The notes beneath the pieces were generated by a model. It was not told the DNA's origin. It saw nothing but the letters and a program-made list of their open reading frames with translations, and searched no databases. From the IMG/VR virus record IMGVR_UViG_3300024520_000057, positions 9,215 through 73,214 of that record: a DNA stretch of 64,000 bases; one strand, written 5' to 3'. Source of the stretch: a virus. This document shows, in pieces, positions 29,047-39,316 of the stretch (its first letter is position 1; the number at the start of each line of letters is the position of its first letter). Position numbers and translations under genes: made by a program.

Positions 29047-30046
29047 AACTGATGGCAGCAGAAATATTTTAAACACATACAACATTGTCAAGAAATCCAG
29101 ATTTAATTTAAACAGCAGGGAAAATGGTGTTATCAATCTTAATGTTGTAACATGGGCAGATGCTGATGCAAATACATATATGTGTTGGGGAGATTATTGG
29201 GTTAAGGAAAATCTGGTCAAGGCATTTACATCCCTTGGAATAAATGTTGAGGTCTCCAGAGAAGATGCTGATGTTAGTTTGTATCTTTGGGGAGCACCAT
29301 TTCCAGAAGTTGATAGAAGATTTGGATACAACAGCAAAACTTACAATGTAATTTGGTTTTACAGCCATCCAGATAGAATGACCAAAACAGAGATGGCAAG
29401 ATATGATTTGGTTTTTTGTTTGTCTCCGAAAATGTTAGATATCCTTAAATTTGGGGAATGGCATCCTAATATTTGTGGATATCATGTTCCATCCTGCACT
29501 GATTTCAGTAAACCATTAATCAAACCAAGAAAAGATATTGATGTCCTTTTTGTAGGAAATGCAAGAGGTGGCACTGAATGGGGAAGGGAAGCGATCTATT
29601 GGTTGGATAGAAATTCTAAATTAATTATACAGATTTATGGACACAAGTGGAACAATGGAAACTATGAGTATGCAAAACGATGGTATGCAGGAAGGTATTG
29701 GGAATATGAGAAATTGAATGAGCTTTATTGTAAGGCAAAGATAACATTAGTGGATGGGCATGATGACATGAATAGGCTTGGATTTGTTCCAATGAAGCTT
29801 TATGATATTTTAGCCAGTGGTGGATTTGCTCTTGCCCAGTATAATTGTGGAATAAAAGATGTATTTGGTGATTCAATTCCTATGTATAAAAATAAGGGTG
29901 AAATGAATGATAAGATTGATTATTATCTGAAAAATCAAAAGGAAAGGGATAAGCTTTCTAAAAAAGGATTTGACATTGCCATCGAAGGCAGGTTTTTGGA
30001 TCGTGCAAAATTAATGTTAAAGAAAATTAGGGAGCAATCTGAATGA
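29021..30046 (+). CDS. CgeB-like glycosyltransferase
   Basis: IDVLFVGN, YCKAKITL, PMKLYDILASGG, IDYYL. Confidence 0.85.
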   Translation: MNQKEKMDRTDGSRNILNTYNIVKKSRFNLNSRENGVINLNVVTWADADANTYMCWGDYWVKENLVKAFTSLGINVEVSREDADVSLYLWGAPFPEVDRRFGYNSKTYNVIWFYSHPDRMTKTEMARYDLVFCLSPKMLDILKFGEWHPNICGYHVPSCTDFSKPLIKPRKDIDVLFVGNARGGTEWGREAIYWLDRNSKLIIQIYGHKWNNGNYEYAKRWYAGRYWEYEKLNELYCKAKITLVDGHDDMNRLGFVPMKLYDILASGGFALAQYNCGIKDVFGDSIPMYKNKGEMNDKIDYYLKNQKERDKLSKKGFDIAIEGRFLDRAKLMLKKIREQSE

Positions 30047-30567
30047 AGCTGAATATTGGATCAGGAGGTTTGAAAATTCCAGGATACACTTCTGTTGATA
30101 AATATCATCCTGGTGCAGATGTTAAAAGGGATGCTGCTGATACAGGTTTTGGTTTTGAAACAATAGATTATATTTTTACATCTCATATGATTGAACATTT
30201 AGAGCCAGATCATTTTGACAAGACTCTTGAACATTGGCATCAAATTTTGAAACCAACAGGACATTTAGAAATTTTATGTCCAAATGCAAGAATTTATATT
30301 GAGGAATGGCTGGAAAGGCACAACAGCCAAGATTGGGATCATCTTTTGGTTTGGGGAAATAGAAATTTATTGGGATGGAGTGGAAAAGGACAGGGCATGT
30401 ATAACAGGAATTTATTTACAACAGAAATATTGAGGGAAAAATTAACAAGGAAATTTTTTATTGTTGCAGAGTGCAAGGAAGTGGTCACCAGAGTGAAGGA
30501 TAGGAATCACATTGAATTTAGAGTTAATGGTGATATAAGGTGTTTGGCAAGGAAACATGTATTATGA
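30043..30567 (+). CDS. SAM-dependent methyltransferase (type 11-like)
   Basis: KLNIGSG, IFTSHMIEH, LKPTG..ILCPN. Confidence 0.85.
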   Translation: MKLNIGSGGLKIPGYTSVDKYHPGADVKRDAADTGFGFETIDYIFTSHMIEHLEPDHFDKTLEHWHQILKPTGHLEILCPNARIYIEEWLERHNSQDWDHLLVWGNRNLLGWSGKGQGMYNRNLFTTEILREKLTRKFFIVAECKEVVTRVKDRNHIEFRVNGDIRCLARKHVL

Positions 30568-31541
30568 AAATTCTTTATATTGGAACATATGCTAAACACT
30601 GTTCAGATAAATACAGATTGAAAGGATTCAAAGAAGCAGGAAATGAGGTTGTAACATTTGATTATAGATTGGTGAATAATAATGAAGGAACAGAGGCTTT
30701 GAAAACCTATATTATTCATTACTTGTATTCATTCAATCCAGACATTGTATTTGTAAACAAAGGTGAGGTAATAAGACAGGAAATTATTGAGGAATGTAAA
30801 AACTTTTTTCCAAGTGTATGGGTGCTTTTTTATGGTGATGTTAGGGATGATATTGCTCCACATTTGAGGAGAGTGGCAAGGTGTTATGATGCTATTTTGG
30901 TCAATAGTAATGATAGAAAATATAATAAAAAATTCAGAGATATTGGTGCAAAGAAGGTGATGTATCATCACACTGCTACAGATTTGGATGAATTTTATAA
31001 AATGGATGTTCCAGAGGTTTATGACATAGGATTTTTTGGTGGAAATTATAAGAATATTTTTCCTGATTCTGGGTTAAGACGAGACATAGTGAATAAACTG
31101 AATAAGAGTTTCAAGATGTTGGTGTTGGGGCATAATTGGGAAATGGGACAGAGACCAGTGTTTGGAGAGGAATTGGTTAGGGCTATGTCAAGTTGTAAAA
31201 TAATTCTTGGAATAAATGCATTCAATGATATTAATCTTTACACCAGCAACAGAACTTGGAATAGTATGGCATGTGGGACATATTTTACATATTATTTCAA
31301 GGGCATAGATCAGATGTTTAGTAATGGAAATGAATTGGTGTGGTTTAATGAATATGATGGATTGGAGTATTGGATTAGAAGTTATTTGGATAATCCGAAC
31401 AATAGAAGAAGAGTGTATGAGAATGGGAGACTTTTGATTGGACAGAAACACACATATAAACATAGATCACATGAGCTGGAAAAAATTTACAAGGAGTTGA
31501 AGAATGATACAATTGTTCAAGCCACAAATGTTAGTGCATGA
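30540..31541 (+). CDS. CgeB-like glycosyltransferase
   Basis: NPDIVFVNKG, YDIGFFGG, SCKIILGI, SNRTWNSMACG, HTYKHR; paralog of 14255-15202. Confidence 0.85.
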   Translation: MFGKETCIMKILYIGTYAKHCSDKYRLKGFKEAGNEVVTFDYRLVNNNEGTEALKTYIIHYLYSFNPDIVFVNKGEVIRQEIIEECKNFFPSVWVLFYGDVRDDIAPHLRRVARCYDAILVNSNDRKYNKKFRDIGAKKVMYHHTATDLDEFYKMDVPEVYDIGFFGGNYKNIFPDSGLRRDIVNKLNKSFKMLVLGHNWEMGQRPVFGEELVRAMSSCKIILGINAFNDINLYTSNRTWNSMACGTYFTYYFKGIDQMFSNGNELVWFNEYDGLEYWIRSYLDNPNNRRRVYENGRLLIGQKHTYKHRSHELEKIYKELKNDTIVQATNVSA

Positions 31542-32661
31542 AATATTGTCAGAATTGAAACCAGTTCTTGAATCAGGGTGGATTGGTCTTGGAGGGAAAA
31601 CAAAGGAATTTGAAGACAAGTTTTCAGAATTTATAGGATGCAATCATTCAGTAGCTGTCAACAGTTGCACTGCAGCACTTCATTTAGCATTAATAATTGC
31701 TGGTGTAGCTGATGGAGATGAGGTGTTGACAACTTCTATGACATTTGTTTCCACGAATCATGTTATTCTGTATCAAAGAGCAATACCAGTATTCTGTGAT
31801 ATTGATGATGTAACATTAGGAATACAATTTAGTGAGATACAGAGAAAGATTACGACGAAAACAAAGGCTATTGTTGTGGTTCATTATGCAGGATATCCTG
31901 TAGATATGGAACCAATTTATGAATTTGCTAAGAAAAGGAATTTGTGGGTAATTGAGGATTGTGCTCATGCCTGTGGGGCACAATATAATTTGAATAACAG
32001 AGTTGGCAATTGCAATGGATATGAAAAAAACATAGCATGCTTCTCTTTCCACCCAGTAAAGAACTTGCCTACAGGTGATGGTGGTATGATAACAACAAAC
32101 AACAAAGATGTATCAGACAGGTTGAGGAGGCTAAGATGGATGGGAATTGATAAGGATACATATGTTAGAACTGAGACAGGGGAAAATGAGGGATATAATT
32201 GGATGTATCATGTTGGTGAGGTTGGATATAAGTATCATACCAATGATATTTTAGCTACAATAGCATTGGTTCAGCTAAAATACCTTGAGCAACACAATGC
32301 AATGAGAAGATTTATTTCAAGAATGTATTGTGATAGAATATGTGAGATGGTCAAAACTGATAAATTTGTTAGAGTTTTAAGCAGGGCTGAGGGAGATGAT
32401 GGTAGATTATCAGCAGCACATACATTTCCAATTATGGTTAGAGACAGAGATGAGTTGGTAAAGAAATTCAATGAGAATAATATTTTTCCTGGAGTCCATT
32501 ATTATCCAAATCACATGTATGATATTTACAAACCATACAGTGATACTGTATTACCAGTTACAGAAACAATTTGGAAAAAATTAATTTTACTTCCATTACA
32601 TGTTATGATTAATAGGGAAGATGTTTTCAAAGTTGTTAGGGTGATGCAAGGAGGGTGGTAG
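31504..32661 (+). CDS. DegT/DnrJ/EryC1/StrS PLP-dependent sugar aminotransferase
   Basis: NSCTAALHLAL, VVVHYAG, IEDCAHA, FSFHPVKNLPTGDGG. Confidence 0.95.
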   Translation: MIQLFKPQMLVHEILSELKPVLESGWIGLGGKTKEFEDKFSEFIGCNHSVAVNSCTAALHLALIIAGVADGDEVLTTSMTFVSTNHVILYQRAIPVFCDIDDVTLGIQFSEIQRKITTKTKAIVVVHYAGYPVDMEPIYEFAKKRNLWVIEDCAHACGAQYNLNNRVGNCNGYEKNIACFSFHPVKNLPTGDGGMITTNNKDVSDRLRRLRWMGIDKDTYVRTETGENEGYNWMYHVGEVGYKYHTNDILATIALVQLKYLEQHNAMRRFISRMYCDRICEMVKTDKFVRVLSRAEGDDGRLSAAHTFPIMVRDRDELVKKFNENNIFPGVHYYPNHMYDIYKPYSDTVLPVTETIWKKLILLPLHVMINREDVFKVVRVMQGGW

Positions 32662-32662
32662 A

Positions 32663-33208
32663 TTGAACCAGTTAAGATTCAAAAGTGTTCTAAAGAATGT
32701 TTTTATTTGGCAGGACAGTGAATTTCTGAGAGTAACCAGAAGCCATCCTGATGTGGTGAGTTCACTTTTCCATTCTAAAAAAATCACAAAAATTGAACAG
32801 GAAGAATGGTATGAAGGTGTGTATCAGCAAGATCCCAATTTTAGAATTTACATAGCATTCAATACAAAGTTTTCAAAACCAGTTGGGTATGTTCAGTTTC
32901 ACATAGATAGCTTGATTCATAGAAGATGTGAAGTTGGGTATGTTGTATCACCTAATTTTTATGGAAATGGATATGGTGATAGAATGGTGAAGTGGTCAAT
33001 CAATTGGGCAATAGGACAAGGAGATGATATCCATAGGCTTTTTTTAACTGTTTTCCCAGAAAATAAAAAAGCAATCCATATATATGAGAAAAATGGATTT
33101 GTCAAGGAATCACTGATGAAAGATTATGTGTTCAAAGATGGGAAATATAGAGATGTGGTGTTAATGGTTATGTTGTTAGAAAACCAGTCTTGTCAGGATG
33201 TGTTCTGA
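32663..33208 (+). CDS. GNAT N-acetyltransferase (PseH/RimJ-like)
   Basis: EVGYVVSPNFYGNGYG, NKKAIHIYEKNGF, KDGKYRDV. Confidence 0.88.
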   Translation: MNQLRFKSVLKNVFIWQDSEFLRVTRSHPDVVSSLFHSKKITKIEQEEWYEGVYQQDPNFRIYIAFNTKFSKPVGYVQFHIDSLIHRRCEVGYVVSPNFYGNGYGDRMVKWSINWAIGQGDDIHRLFLTVFPENKKAIHIYEKNGFVKESLMKDYVFKDGKYRDVVLMVMLLENQSCQDVF

Positions 33209-33264
33209 TTAAAATGATTTGTTTTTTTGTTATTGGGCATTAAGTTATATGAAAAGAGGATGTT

Positions 33265-33786
33265 ATGAATTGGATTAATCATGATTGTGCAGATATACAA
33301 GCAAAGATGACTCTTTACAGGGATGGTGCCCAGCATGGTAGAGCAAGAGAATGGTATGTTGAAAAAAGATGTCAATTTTATAATAAGATAAATGAGTCAT
33401 TCAGGGATCAGATTGATTTGATTTTGCCATTTGGTAAAAATGCTGGGGTGAATGATGGTAGTCCAGTTAATTATGGCACCATAAATCAGGCTCAATTTGA
33501 TGTAGGTTATACAATTATTCAGTGGCTTGATGATGTGTGTAAAATTCTTGTCAATAATCAATTACCTGCAAATGAACAATACAACAATAATGATATTAAT
33601 AAAAGACAAAGTGATGAGACAGGAAGTCCAAGATTGATAGTTCACAGAAAAGCTCAAGCTGTAGCATTTTATCAAGCACAAGGAGCAGGTATGAAACAAT
33701 TTATTGATGATTTAGTTGATTGGTTGGATTGGAAAATACAAAGTCATTATTCAGGATTTGATTTGAGAACATGGTTTACAAGTTAA
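33265..33786 (+). CDS. Hypothetical protein
   Basis: AGAGG SD, 173-aa ORF. Confidence 0.6.
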   Translation: MNWINHDCADIQAKMTLYRDGAQHGRAREWYVEKRCQFYNKINESFRDQIDLILPFGKNAGVNDGSPVNYGTINQAQFDVGYTIIQWLDDVCKILVNNQLPANEQYNNNDINKRQSDETGSPRLIVHRKAQAVAFYQAQGAGMKQFIDDLVDWLDWKIQSHYSGFDLRTWFTS

Positions 33787-36545
33787 TAGGATTTATTTTT
33801 ATGGCACTTGTGTGGTTGGCTCCAGGTGATATAATATCTCACACCCAATCATCTCATAGAAATTGGGAAGATTGGGATGTAAGCACACCTGTTCCATCAG
33901 GAGCAATAGGAATATTGGTTCATGTTGATACCAGTGTAGGAACTGCTGGGAAATGGGGGATAAAAAAGAATGGTTCAACAGATGATTTTCAAGGTTCTTC
34001 AGCTGATCCATTTCATTTTGTTCATGCTATTGGAATTGATGGAAATAGAATAGTTGAGACTATTGGTGATACCAATGATGTTAAGTTTACAGTAATTGCT
34101 TATTTTGATGCTGGTGCTTTCTTCTTTACTAATAGTCCAGCTACATTTACAAATACTGGAACAAGTGGTTATGAAACACATGATGTAACTGCTTATTCAG
34201 ATGGTAGTGATGTAGCATTTTATTGTTTTTTTGATTGTGATTCAAGTTCAACAAGAAGAACAGAAGTGAGGAAAAATGGTTCATCAGATACATTTACAGG
34301 GGATGTGTCTAATCATGCAGTGTTAAGTTGTGGAGTAGATGCCAATGAAATATTTGAAATGAAAGTTCAGCAGATAACCAATGATGCCAGATATATTGGT
34401 TATTTGACAGATGATGGCAATATTACAGTTCCTACAGATGCTACATCATTTACAAATTCATCTGATGATACTTGGCAGAATTATACATTGCCAGCAGGAG
34501 CAACTAATGGTGCTTTTATTCATGTAGATGCTGCTGCTGATGGAGATAATATTGCATTTGGAATGAGACAGGATGGTGATACCACTACTGCATGGATGCA
34601 GAATTTAATAGATATAACAGTTGGATTTAGTGAATATGCTATTTATGGAGATGCCAGCAGAGTAATTGAAACAAGAACTGCAGAAAGTGCAAATATAACA
34701 TATTACATTAGAGCCTATTTTACAACAGCAGCAGGATTTACAACATATCAAGTAGCAGTAACAGATGGTGTGAAATTTTCTGATTCTGGTGTTGAGAATG
34801 CTATATTACAAGCATTGGTGACAGAACAAATTAATATGGGTGATACATCAGGTAATATTGCTCAATTTCTTGTAGAATTATCAGATGGAGCAAAGTTTGG
34901 TGATTCTGCACTTGGTGTAAAAATATTACAGGCTATTGGTGTTGATGGAATGAAATTGGGTGATTCAGTTGCTGGTGCAAAATTATTTGCTTCCTTAATA
35001 ACAGATGGAATGAAATTGGGTGATGCCTTGTCAGTTCTTAAAACAGTGGCAGCAATAATCACAGATGGTATGAAGGTGGGAGATACACCTGTAGAAAATG
35101 CTATATTACAATCATCTGTAACAGATGGATTTAAGGTAGGTGATACAAATATAGCAACTAAGATAATTCAGTCATTGTTATCTGATGGGTTTGAATTTGG
35201 TGATTCATCTCTTGCTGGTAAATTATTTGCAGTGTCTATTTCAGATGGATTTAAACTTAGTGATTCCAATGTAGCTACAAAAATTGTTGAAGCATTAATA
35301 GCTGATGGAATAGAAATAAGTGATATTAGTTTAACCACTAAAGCAATTCAAGCACTAATAACTGATGGAGCAAAGTTTGGTGATTCTTATGTAACAAATG
35401 CAATTGTTCAGGTATTATTATCTGATGGAGTGAAATTAGGTGATACTGTAATTGTAGGTAAGTTAATTCAAACCATAATTAGTGATGGATTTAAGGTAGG
35501 TGATGCAAGTGTAGCTATAAAAATTGCTGAAGCATTGGTGAGTGATGGAATAGATATAGGTGATATTAATTCAACAACTAAAATAATTCAGTCACTGCTG
35601 GCAGATGGATTTAAGGTAGGTGACACAGATGTAGCTACAAAAATTGTTCAAGCCTTGCTATCAGATGGAATTGATGTAGGTGATTCTGTAATTGTTGGTA
35701 AATTAATCCAATCTGTTATAGCAGATGGATTCAAGTTGGGTGATTCAGCATCATTCAATATGTTATTTGGTGCATTGTTAAGTGATGGAATAAAGATGGG
35801 AGATGTTTCACTTGCTACAAAAATACTCCAGACTATAATGTCTGATGGAGTGAAGCTGGGTGATATTAATACAATAAATACCATATATCAGGTATTGGCT
35901 TCAGATGGATTTAAGTTTGGTGATTCTGTAATTGGTTCTATTGCAGGTGGAGCAATACAAGCAATAATTTCAGATGGTATCAAATTTAGTGATAATTCAA
36001 GTTTATTAGCAACATACCAAACAGAGATTACAGATGGTATTAAACTTTCTGAAACAGTTGAGTCACTTTTAAGGGCATTTGTTAGTGTTACAGATGGAGT
36101 AAAATTTGGTGATGCTTCTAATTGGAAAAGAATTGTAAGTGCTATGGCTTCAGATGGTATAAAATTAAGTGACAGTGCCTCTGGAATTTTATTTCTATTA
36201 GCTAACTGTGTAGATGGAATAACACTATCAGATGTTGGTTCTATTTCAGCTACATTTCAAGTAAATGTATTGGATGCATTTCAGTTAGGAGATGCTGTAG
36301 CAAATATAACAAGATTTGCTGTTGCCCTGTCAGATGGGTTCAAGCTTGGTGATAGAACAGTTGAAATTTCCCAATTGGCATCAGGTGAGGTAAAAATAAG
36401 TTTTGTTGTGAAAAGTTCAACCTTAACATTCTTAATAAAACAATCAAATATTGATGTAACAGCTAAAAAATCAGTTGCATCTGTGACAGCTAAAAAATCA
36501 AATATTGATGTTACAGCTAAAAAATCAAATACTGAATTAAATTAA
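33771..36545 (+). CDS. Putative fibre scaffold: three ~100-aa N-terminal domains, 27 x 20-aa repeats, short C-terminal 9-aa repeats
   Basis: DG[FMVI]K[LFV][GS]D every 20 aa; start may be ATG 33801. Confidence 0.7.
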   Translation: MVYKLIGFIFMALVWLAPGDIISHTQSSHRNWEDWDVSTPVPSGAIGILVHVDTSVGTAGKWGIKKNGSTDDFQGSSADPFHFVHAIGIDGNRIVETIGDTNDVKFTVIAYFDAGAFFFTNSPATFTNTGTSGYETHDVTAYSDGSDVAFYCFFDCDSSSTRRTEVRKNGSSDTFTGDVSNHAVLSCGVDANEIFEMKVQQITNDARYIGYLTDDGNITVPTDATSFTNSSDDTWQNYTLPAGATNGAFIHVDAAADGDNIAFGMRQDGDTTTAWMQNLIDITVGFSEYAIYGDASRVIETRTAESANITYYIRAYFTTAAGFTTYQVAVTDGVKFSDSGVENAILQALVTEQINMGDTSGNIAQFLVELSDGAKFGDSALGVKILQAIGVDGMKLGDSVAGAKLFASLITDGMKLGDALSVLKTVAAIITDGMKVGDTPVENAILQSSVTDGFKVGDTNIATKIIQSLLSDGFEFGDSSLAGKLFAVSISDGFKLSDSNVATKIVEALIADGIEISDISLTTKAIQALITDGAKFGDSYVTNAIVQVLLSDGVKLGDTVIVGKLIQTIISDGFKVGDASVAIKIAEALVSDGIDIGDINSTTKIIQSLLADGFKVGDTDVATKIVQALLSDGIDVGDSVIVGKLIQSVIADGFKLGDSASFNMLFGALLSDGIKMGDVSLATKILQTIMSDGVKLGDINTINTIYQVLASDGFKFGDSVIGSIAGGAIQAIISDGIKFSDNSSLLATYQTEITDGIKLSETVESLLRAFVSVTDGVKFGDASNWKRIVSAMASDGIKLSDSASGILFLLANCVDGITLSDVGSISATFQVNVLDAFQLGDAVANITRFAVALSDGFKLGDRTVEISQLASGEVKISFVVKSSTLTFLIKQSNIDVTAKKSVASVTAKKSNIDVTAKKSNTELN
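34752..36380 (+). repeat. 27 degenerate 60-bp (20-aa) coding tandem repeats
   Basis: 27 x 60 bp plus one 9-bp insertion equals the 1629 bp span. Confidence 0.9.
36444..36533 (+). repeat. 27-bp (9-aa) tandem repeat x3 plus a partial unit
   Basis: SNIDVTAKK-SVASVTAKK-SNIDVTAKK-SNT. Confidence 0.85.
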
Positions 36546-36559
36546 TAAGGAGTAAAGTA

Positions 36560-37114
36560 ATGATTGATGTAAAAACAAATGTTAACTTGCCACAGAATGG
36601 TAATAGAGCTGGTTTTGTTCTTGGTGGTGTATTTGATGTTGTCTGTAAGGACAAGAATGGCAAAATTAAATGGCAAGATAAAATTGAGAACTTGGTTGTT
36701 GATGAAGGATTGGATGATGTTCTTGATAAATATCTAAAGGGATCAGGTTATACTGCTGCATTTTATGTCCTTATAACCAATACTGCACCTTCAGTTGCTG
36801 CTGGTGATACAATGGCAACTCATGCTGGTTGGACAGAAAATACAAATTATGATGAAGCAGTCAGACAGACATTAACACTTGGGGCTGTTTCAGGTCAGTC
36901 AGTAGATAATAGTGCCAGCAAGGCTGCATTTACTGTTGATACTAATGATCAAGTGATTGGTGGAGCTGTAATTGTAACTGATAGCACTAAGGGGGGAACA
37001 TCTGGAACTATATTTTGTGGTGGTGCATTTACTGGTGGTGATAAATCAGATGTGGATGATAATGATGTAATTGAGGTTACATACACTGTAACTGCAGCAG
37101 ATGATGGAGTGTAA
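36560..37114 (+). CDS. Small beta-rich virion fibre/collar subunit
   Basis: ENLVVDEG, DNSASKAAFT, IEVTYTVT; strong AAGGAG SD. Confidence 0.6.
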   Translation: MIDVKTNVNLPQNGNRAGFVLGGVFDVVCKDKNGKIKWQDKIENLVVDEGLDDVLDKYLKGSGYTAAFYVLITNTAPSVAAGDTMATHAGWTENTNYDEAVRQTLTLGAVSGQSVDNSASKAAFTVDTNDQVIGGAVIVTDSTKGGTSGTIFCGGAFTGGDKSDVDDNDVIEVTYTVTAADDGV

Positions 37115-37117
37115 ATT

Positions 37118-37453
37118 ATGCCATCAAGTATAGCTTCAACATCTTATCCAATTGCAGGAGGAAGTATTGCCTTGGTAATAACATTCTATGATGAAGAAAG
37201 TGCTGAAGTAATACCTAACACTGCCAAATGGACATTGCTGGATGCTGATTATGCTGTAATTAATGAAAAAGAGGATGAAGCAATGGCAGCAGCAGCAGCA
37301 ACTGAAACCATTCTTTTACAAGGAGCTGATTTGGTTGAGGGAAGTTGTTATGTCTTTGTGGAATGGACATATGATTCAACATTGGGCAATGATATTTTGG
37401 GAAATGACAAGATTAGTTTAGTTGTATTGCAAAATCCAAGACAGGAAGCATAA
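37118..37453 (+). CDS. Putative Ig-like adaptor/collar protein
   Basis: Acidic beta-rich 111 aa directly before the head-tail connector. Confidence 0.45.
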   Translation: MPSSIASTSYPIAGGSIALVITFYDEESAEVIPNTAKWTLLDADYAVINEKEDEAMAAAAATETILLQGADLVEGSCYVFVEWTYDSTLGNDILGNDKISLVVLQNPRQEA

Positions 37454-37456
37454 ATC

Positions 37457-38086
37457 ATGGCTAAAAAAGTTTATTATGCAGACGAAATCAAGTCAGCTGA
37501 TATTGCTGGAGTTGATATTACAGCAATATCGGAAGCAATGCTTGACATTGTTAATGATATAATCAATTCAAAGATAGGTGAATTCATACAGACAGATAGT
37601 GTGGTGGAATTGCATGATATTAGAAGGGATAGGCAGAAAGAATTGATTTTGAAAAATATTCCTGTATTGACTGTTACAACTCTCAAGGATGGCATGAATA
37701 CAGATACAGATCCAGTAACAGTAAACAGTAGCTATTATGTTGTTGATTTAGCTTCAGGGATTATACAGCTGACAGGTGTTCAGAAAGGTGCTTCATCTGA
37801 TGATTCAGTTCCATATTTCACAAAGGGATTTAATACTGTTGAGGTGACTTATAATCATGGATATGCTGCTGTTCCAGATGATGTTAGAGGATTGGCAAAT
37901 CTTATTCTTGCAAAGTGGGCAAAAATAAGAGATATTCAGGGCACATCTGGTGGATTAAAGAGTGTGTCTATTGGTGATTATAAAGAATCTTATGATAACA
38001 GTTTTATGGAAGTGAAAACTGAATTTGATGAAATGATACAGATTCTTGTCAAAAAGTTAAAACATAAATATGCAAATTTGGTATGA
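37457..38086 (+). CDS. Head-tail connector (adaptor)
   Basis: VEVTYNHGYAAVPDDV, SVSIGDYKESY. Confidence 0.8.
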   Translation: MAKKVYYADEIKSADIAGVDITAISEAMLDIVNDIINSKIGEFIQTDSVVELHDIRRDRQKELILKNIPVLTVTTLKDGMNTDTDPVTVNSSYYVVDLASGIIQLTGVQKGASSDDSVPYFTKGFNTVEVTYNHGYAAVPDDVRGLANLILAKWAKIRDIQGTSGGLKSVSIGDYKESYDNSFMEVKTEFDEMIQILVKKLKHKYANLV

Positions 38087-38421
38087 GTATTTTAGCAAGG
38101 CTGTTGAATAAGACTGTAACTGTAAAAAGATATGCATCTGTCAAGAATGCTTCAGGTGATTTATCAAAGACAAAAAGCACAATCTCTTCAACTGTTAAAA
38201 TGAGAATAACGAGGAATACACTTCTTGGATCCAATCAAGAGTATGGTGTTATCTCAAAATCAACACACGAAGGATTTTGTAATAATGGAATTGATATTGA
38301 GGTTGGAGATTTTGTGGTGGATGGGAGCGATGAATATCATGTTACATATGTTGATAAAAGTCCTGGAGGGACAACAAATCATTACCAAGTTTATATGATT
38401 TATGATGATGGTGGAATATAA
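38083..38421 (+). CDS. Head closure protein
   Basis: TVTVKR, DIEVGDFV, EYHVTYV; position. Confidence 0.7.
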   Translation: MSILARLLNKTVTVKRYASVKNASGDLSKTKSTISSTVKMRITRNTLLGSNQEYGVISKSTHEGFCNNGIDIEVGDFVVDGSDEYHVTYVDKSPGGTTNHYQVYMIYDDGGI

Positions 38422-38828
38422 TGGCTAATTTAAGAGGATTCAGTGGTGCAGCAGGTGGAAAATTTGCTGTAGTTGGAAGACGGCTTCCTGTTGCAGGAGG
38501 ATTTAAAGGATTTTCAGCAGTCACTATGCTAAAAATTCATGAGGCAATGAATAAAGCTGTTATAATTTTGGAAGCTGAGGCAAAAAGAAAAATTACAAGT
38601 GGATATGAAAAGCCAGCTGTTGATACAGGAAGATTGAGAGCATCGATAGTTGGTCAAGCCACTTCTGCAGAACAAGGAAAGGCTGGAACATCAGTTTATT
38701 ATGGAATTTATGTTCATGAGGGAACGAAAAGGATGCCACCCAGACCATTTTTGACAGATGCTCTGAATGATAAAAAGGAAGAAATAATAGCAATGTTCAA
38801 AGCAGCAGTAAAGAAGGATTTTGGATAA
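38421..38828 (+). CDS. HK97 gp10-like neck/tail-completion protein
   Basis: VDTGRLRASI, YGIYVHEGTKRMPPRPFLTDA. Confidence 0.9.
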   Translation: MANLRGFSGAAGGKFAVVGRRLPVAGGFKGFSAVTMLKIHEAMNKAVIILEAEAKRKITSGYEKPAVDTGRLRASIVGQATSAEQGKAGTSVYYGIYVHEGTKRMPPRPFLTDALNDKKEEIIAMFKAAVKKDFG

Positions 38829-39295
38829 TGGCAAATGAAGTTTATTCAAAAGAAAATGTTTTATTAGAGTCATGTGTTACTATTTTAGAGGCAGATAATT
38901 CTGATACAGGGAATGATGTCAGAGAAATTGAATATTATGTTGCTGATAGAATTTATAGAAAACACGATAATTCAGCTGTTTTGCCACAGTTGATAGTGAA
39001 GGTTCAAGCATCAAATTCTGATGTGTCAATTCCATCAAACAAATATATTCTTGAAGTTATGGGAGTGTATAAGATGGATGTAGATTATGCACAGACGAAT
39101 TTGAATAACTTGATGGCAAGAGTGGATTTTTTAATTAACAAAAAGCCTGTTCAGATGAATCTTGTTGTTCCAAGCAAAAATTTACGATGCAGGCATGTTA
39201 ATAAAATAAGTGCACTGTTATGGGATGATGTGGTTGAGAAAGTTTATTTCAGCTACATTAGATTTTTGGTCATTTGTGATGATGAAGATGTTTAA
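38828..39295 (+). CDS. Tail terminator protein
   Basis: ADRIY...LPQLIV; position before the tail tube gene. Confidence 0.6.
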   Translation: MANEVYSKENVLLESCVTILEADNSDTGNDVREIEYYVADRIYRKHDNSAVLPQLIVKVQASNSDVSIPSNKYILEVMGVYKMDVDYAQTNLNNLMARVDFLINKKPVQMNLVVPSKNLRCRHVNKISALLWDDVVEKVYFSYIRFLVICDDEDV

Positions 39296-39316
39296 TTTTA
39301 ATTAAGGAGAAACACC

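Noticed and set aside
34752-36380. 60-bp periodicity as a CRISPR array
   Set aside because: Units are degenerate, in frame and conserved at the amino-acid level; there is no identical repeat with unique spacers and no cas gene
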